Below, one piece after another: positions 63,430 through 64,000 of a stretch of DNA of 64,000 nt. This stretch comes from a virus. The stretch lies in IMG/VR virus record IMGVR_UViG_3300027754_000042. The stretch is one strand, 5' to 3'. Position 1 is the stretch's first letter, and every line of letters begins with the position of its first letter. A program made the translations under genes and the position numbers. Under the pieces are notes generated by a model. That model did no database searches. It had not been told where the DNA came from and saw only the letters and a list, made by a program, of their open reading frames with translations.

Positions 63430-64000
63430 ATGAAAAAGATTGCTCTTTTTAATCACCAACCAGAATGCTCTATTGAGTGTTGTAATGGGATAATAAGAGC
63501 GTTATCTTCGCAATATGAAGTGAAGCTGTTTACAATTCAAGATGATCTTGATGAGGTACTAAATGATGTGGATGGAATTGTTTTCCCTGGCGGCATTGGC
63601 GACAGTGACAGTTATCACGATTTCTTTACACGTTCTAAAGCTAACAAAATCGCAGCGTTTCTTGATAGAGGTGGTAGGTATATCGGCATTTGCATGGGTG
63701 CTTATTGGGCTGGTTCTAGATATTTTGATTTTCTTGATGGGATAGACGCTGTTCAATATATCAAGCGACCAACGGCTGAGATACGCCGAAGCTATGGTAC
63801 GGTTGCTGATATTGAATGGCTTGGTCAAAAAGAAAAGATGTTCTTCTATGACGGTTGTGTCTTTACAGGCAGCGGATATTATGATACTATTGCCAAATAT
63901 GCTAACGATGAACCGATGGCAATCATTCAAGGCAATCTTGGTCTGATTGGTTGCCATCCTGAGAGTGAGGAATTTTGGTATGAGAGTCCTTATCAGTATC
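63430..64000 (+). CDS. BPL-N / class I glutamine amidotransferase-like protein (3' end outside window)
   Basis: FPGG, GICMGAY nucleophile elbow, HPE; TATAAATA at 63373. Confidence 0.85.
   Translation, partial: MKKIALFNHQPECSIECCNGIIRALSSQYEVKLFTIQDDLDEVLNDVDGIVFPGGIGDSDSYHDFFTRSKANKIAAFLDRGGRYIGICMGAYWAGSRYFDFLDGIDAVQYIKRPTAEIRRSYGTVADIEWLGQKEKMFFYDGCVFTGSGYYDTIAKYANDEPMAIIQGNLGLIGCHPESEEFWYESPYQY

Noticed and set aside
63559-63957. Track ORFs 63559-63957 (-) and 63563-63745 (+)
   Set aside because: Overlap the real BPL-N/GATase-like ORF starting at 63430, which runs off the window.
1-64000. Genome-wide TAG recoding suggested by the CTA tRNA
   Set aside because: Core genes are uninterrupted in the standard code and several end at TAG at their expected C-termini.

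Overview
64 kb segment of a large T4-like (myovirus) phage genome, almost entirely + strand. The host is probably an alphaproteobacterium, judging from the DUF1127 protein, the Omp25/RopB-like porin, a tRNA-His without G-1 and an alpha-type rrn boxA. It carries the T4 replication/recombination core (uvsW, gp55, gp47/46, gp45/44/62, regA, gp43, uvsX, gp41, gp61, class II RNR) and two promoter-dense early-gene islands. It also has lysis genes, a late block of probable capsid-internal proteins, a glycosyl/methyltransferase block, and 21 tRNA genes interleaved with structured non-coding RNAs. Most notable: (1) a C5 DNA methyltransferase with Arg in place of the motif X Asn, coupled to a CmoA-like gene, predicting 5-carboxymethylcytosine DNA. 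(2) Four ORFs whose stop codon lies inside or beyond the downstream tRNA, so tRNA maturation should create non-stop mRNAs; one of them encodes an ArfA-like peptide. (3) An rrn-like leader plus about six unexplained folded RNAs among the tRNAs, and an amber suppressor tRNA followed by a TAG-ending minigene. (4) Modular polyprotein-like internal proteins and enzymes carrying T4-type capsid-targeting sequences. All calls come from motif recognition by eye; no database searches or folding programs were run.
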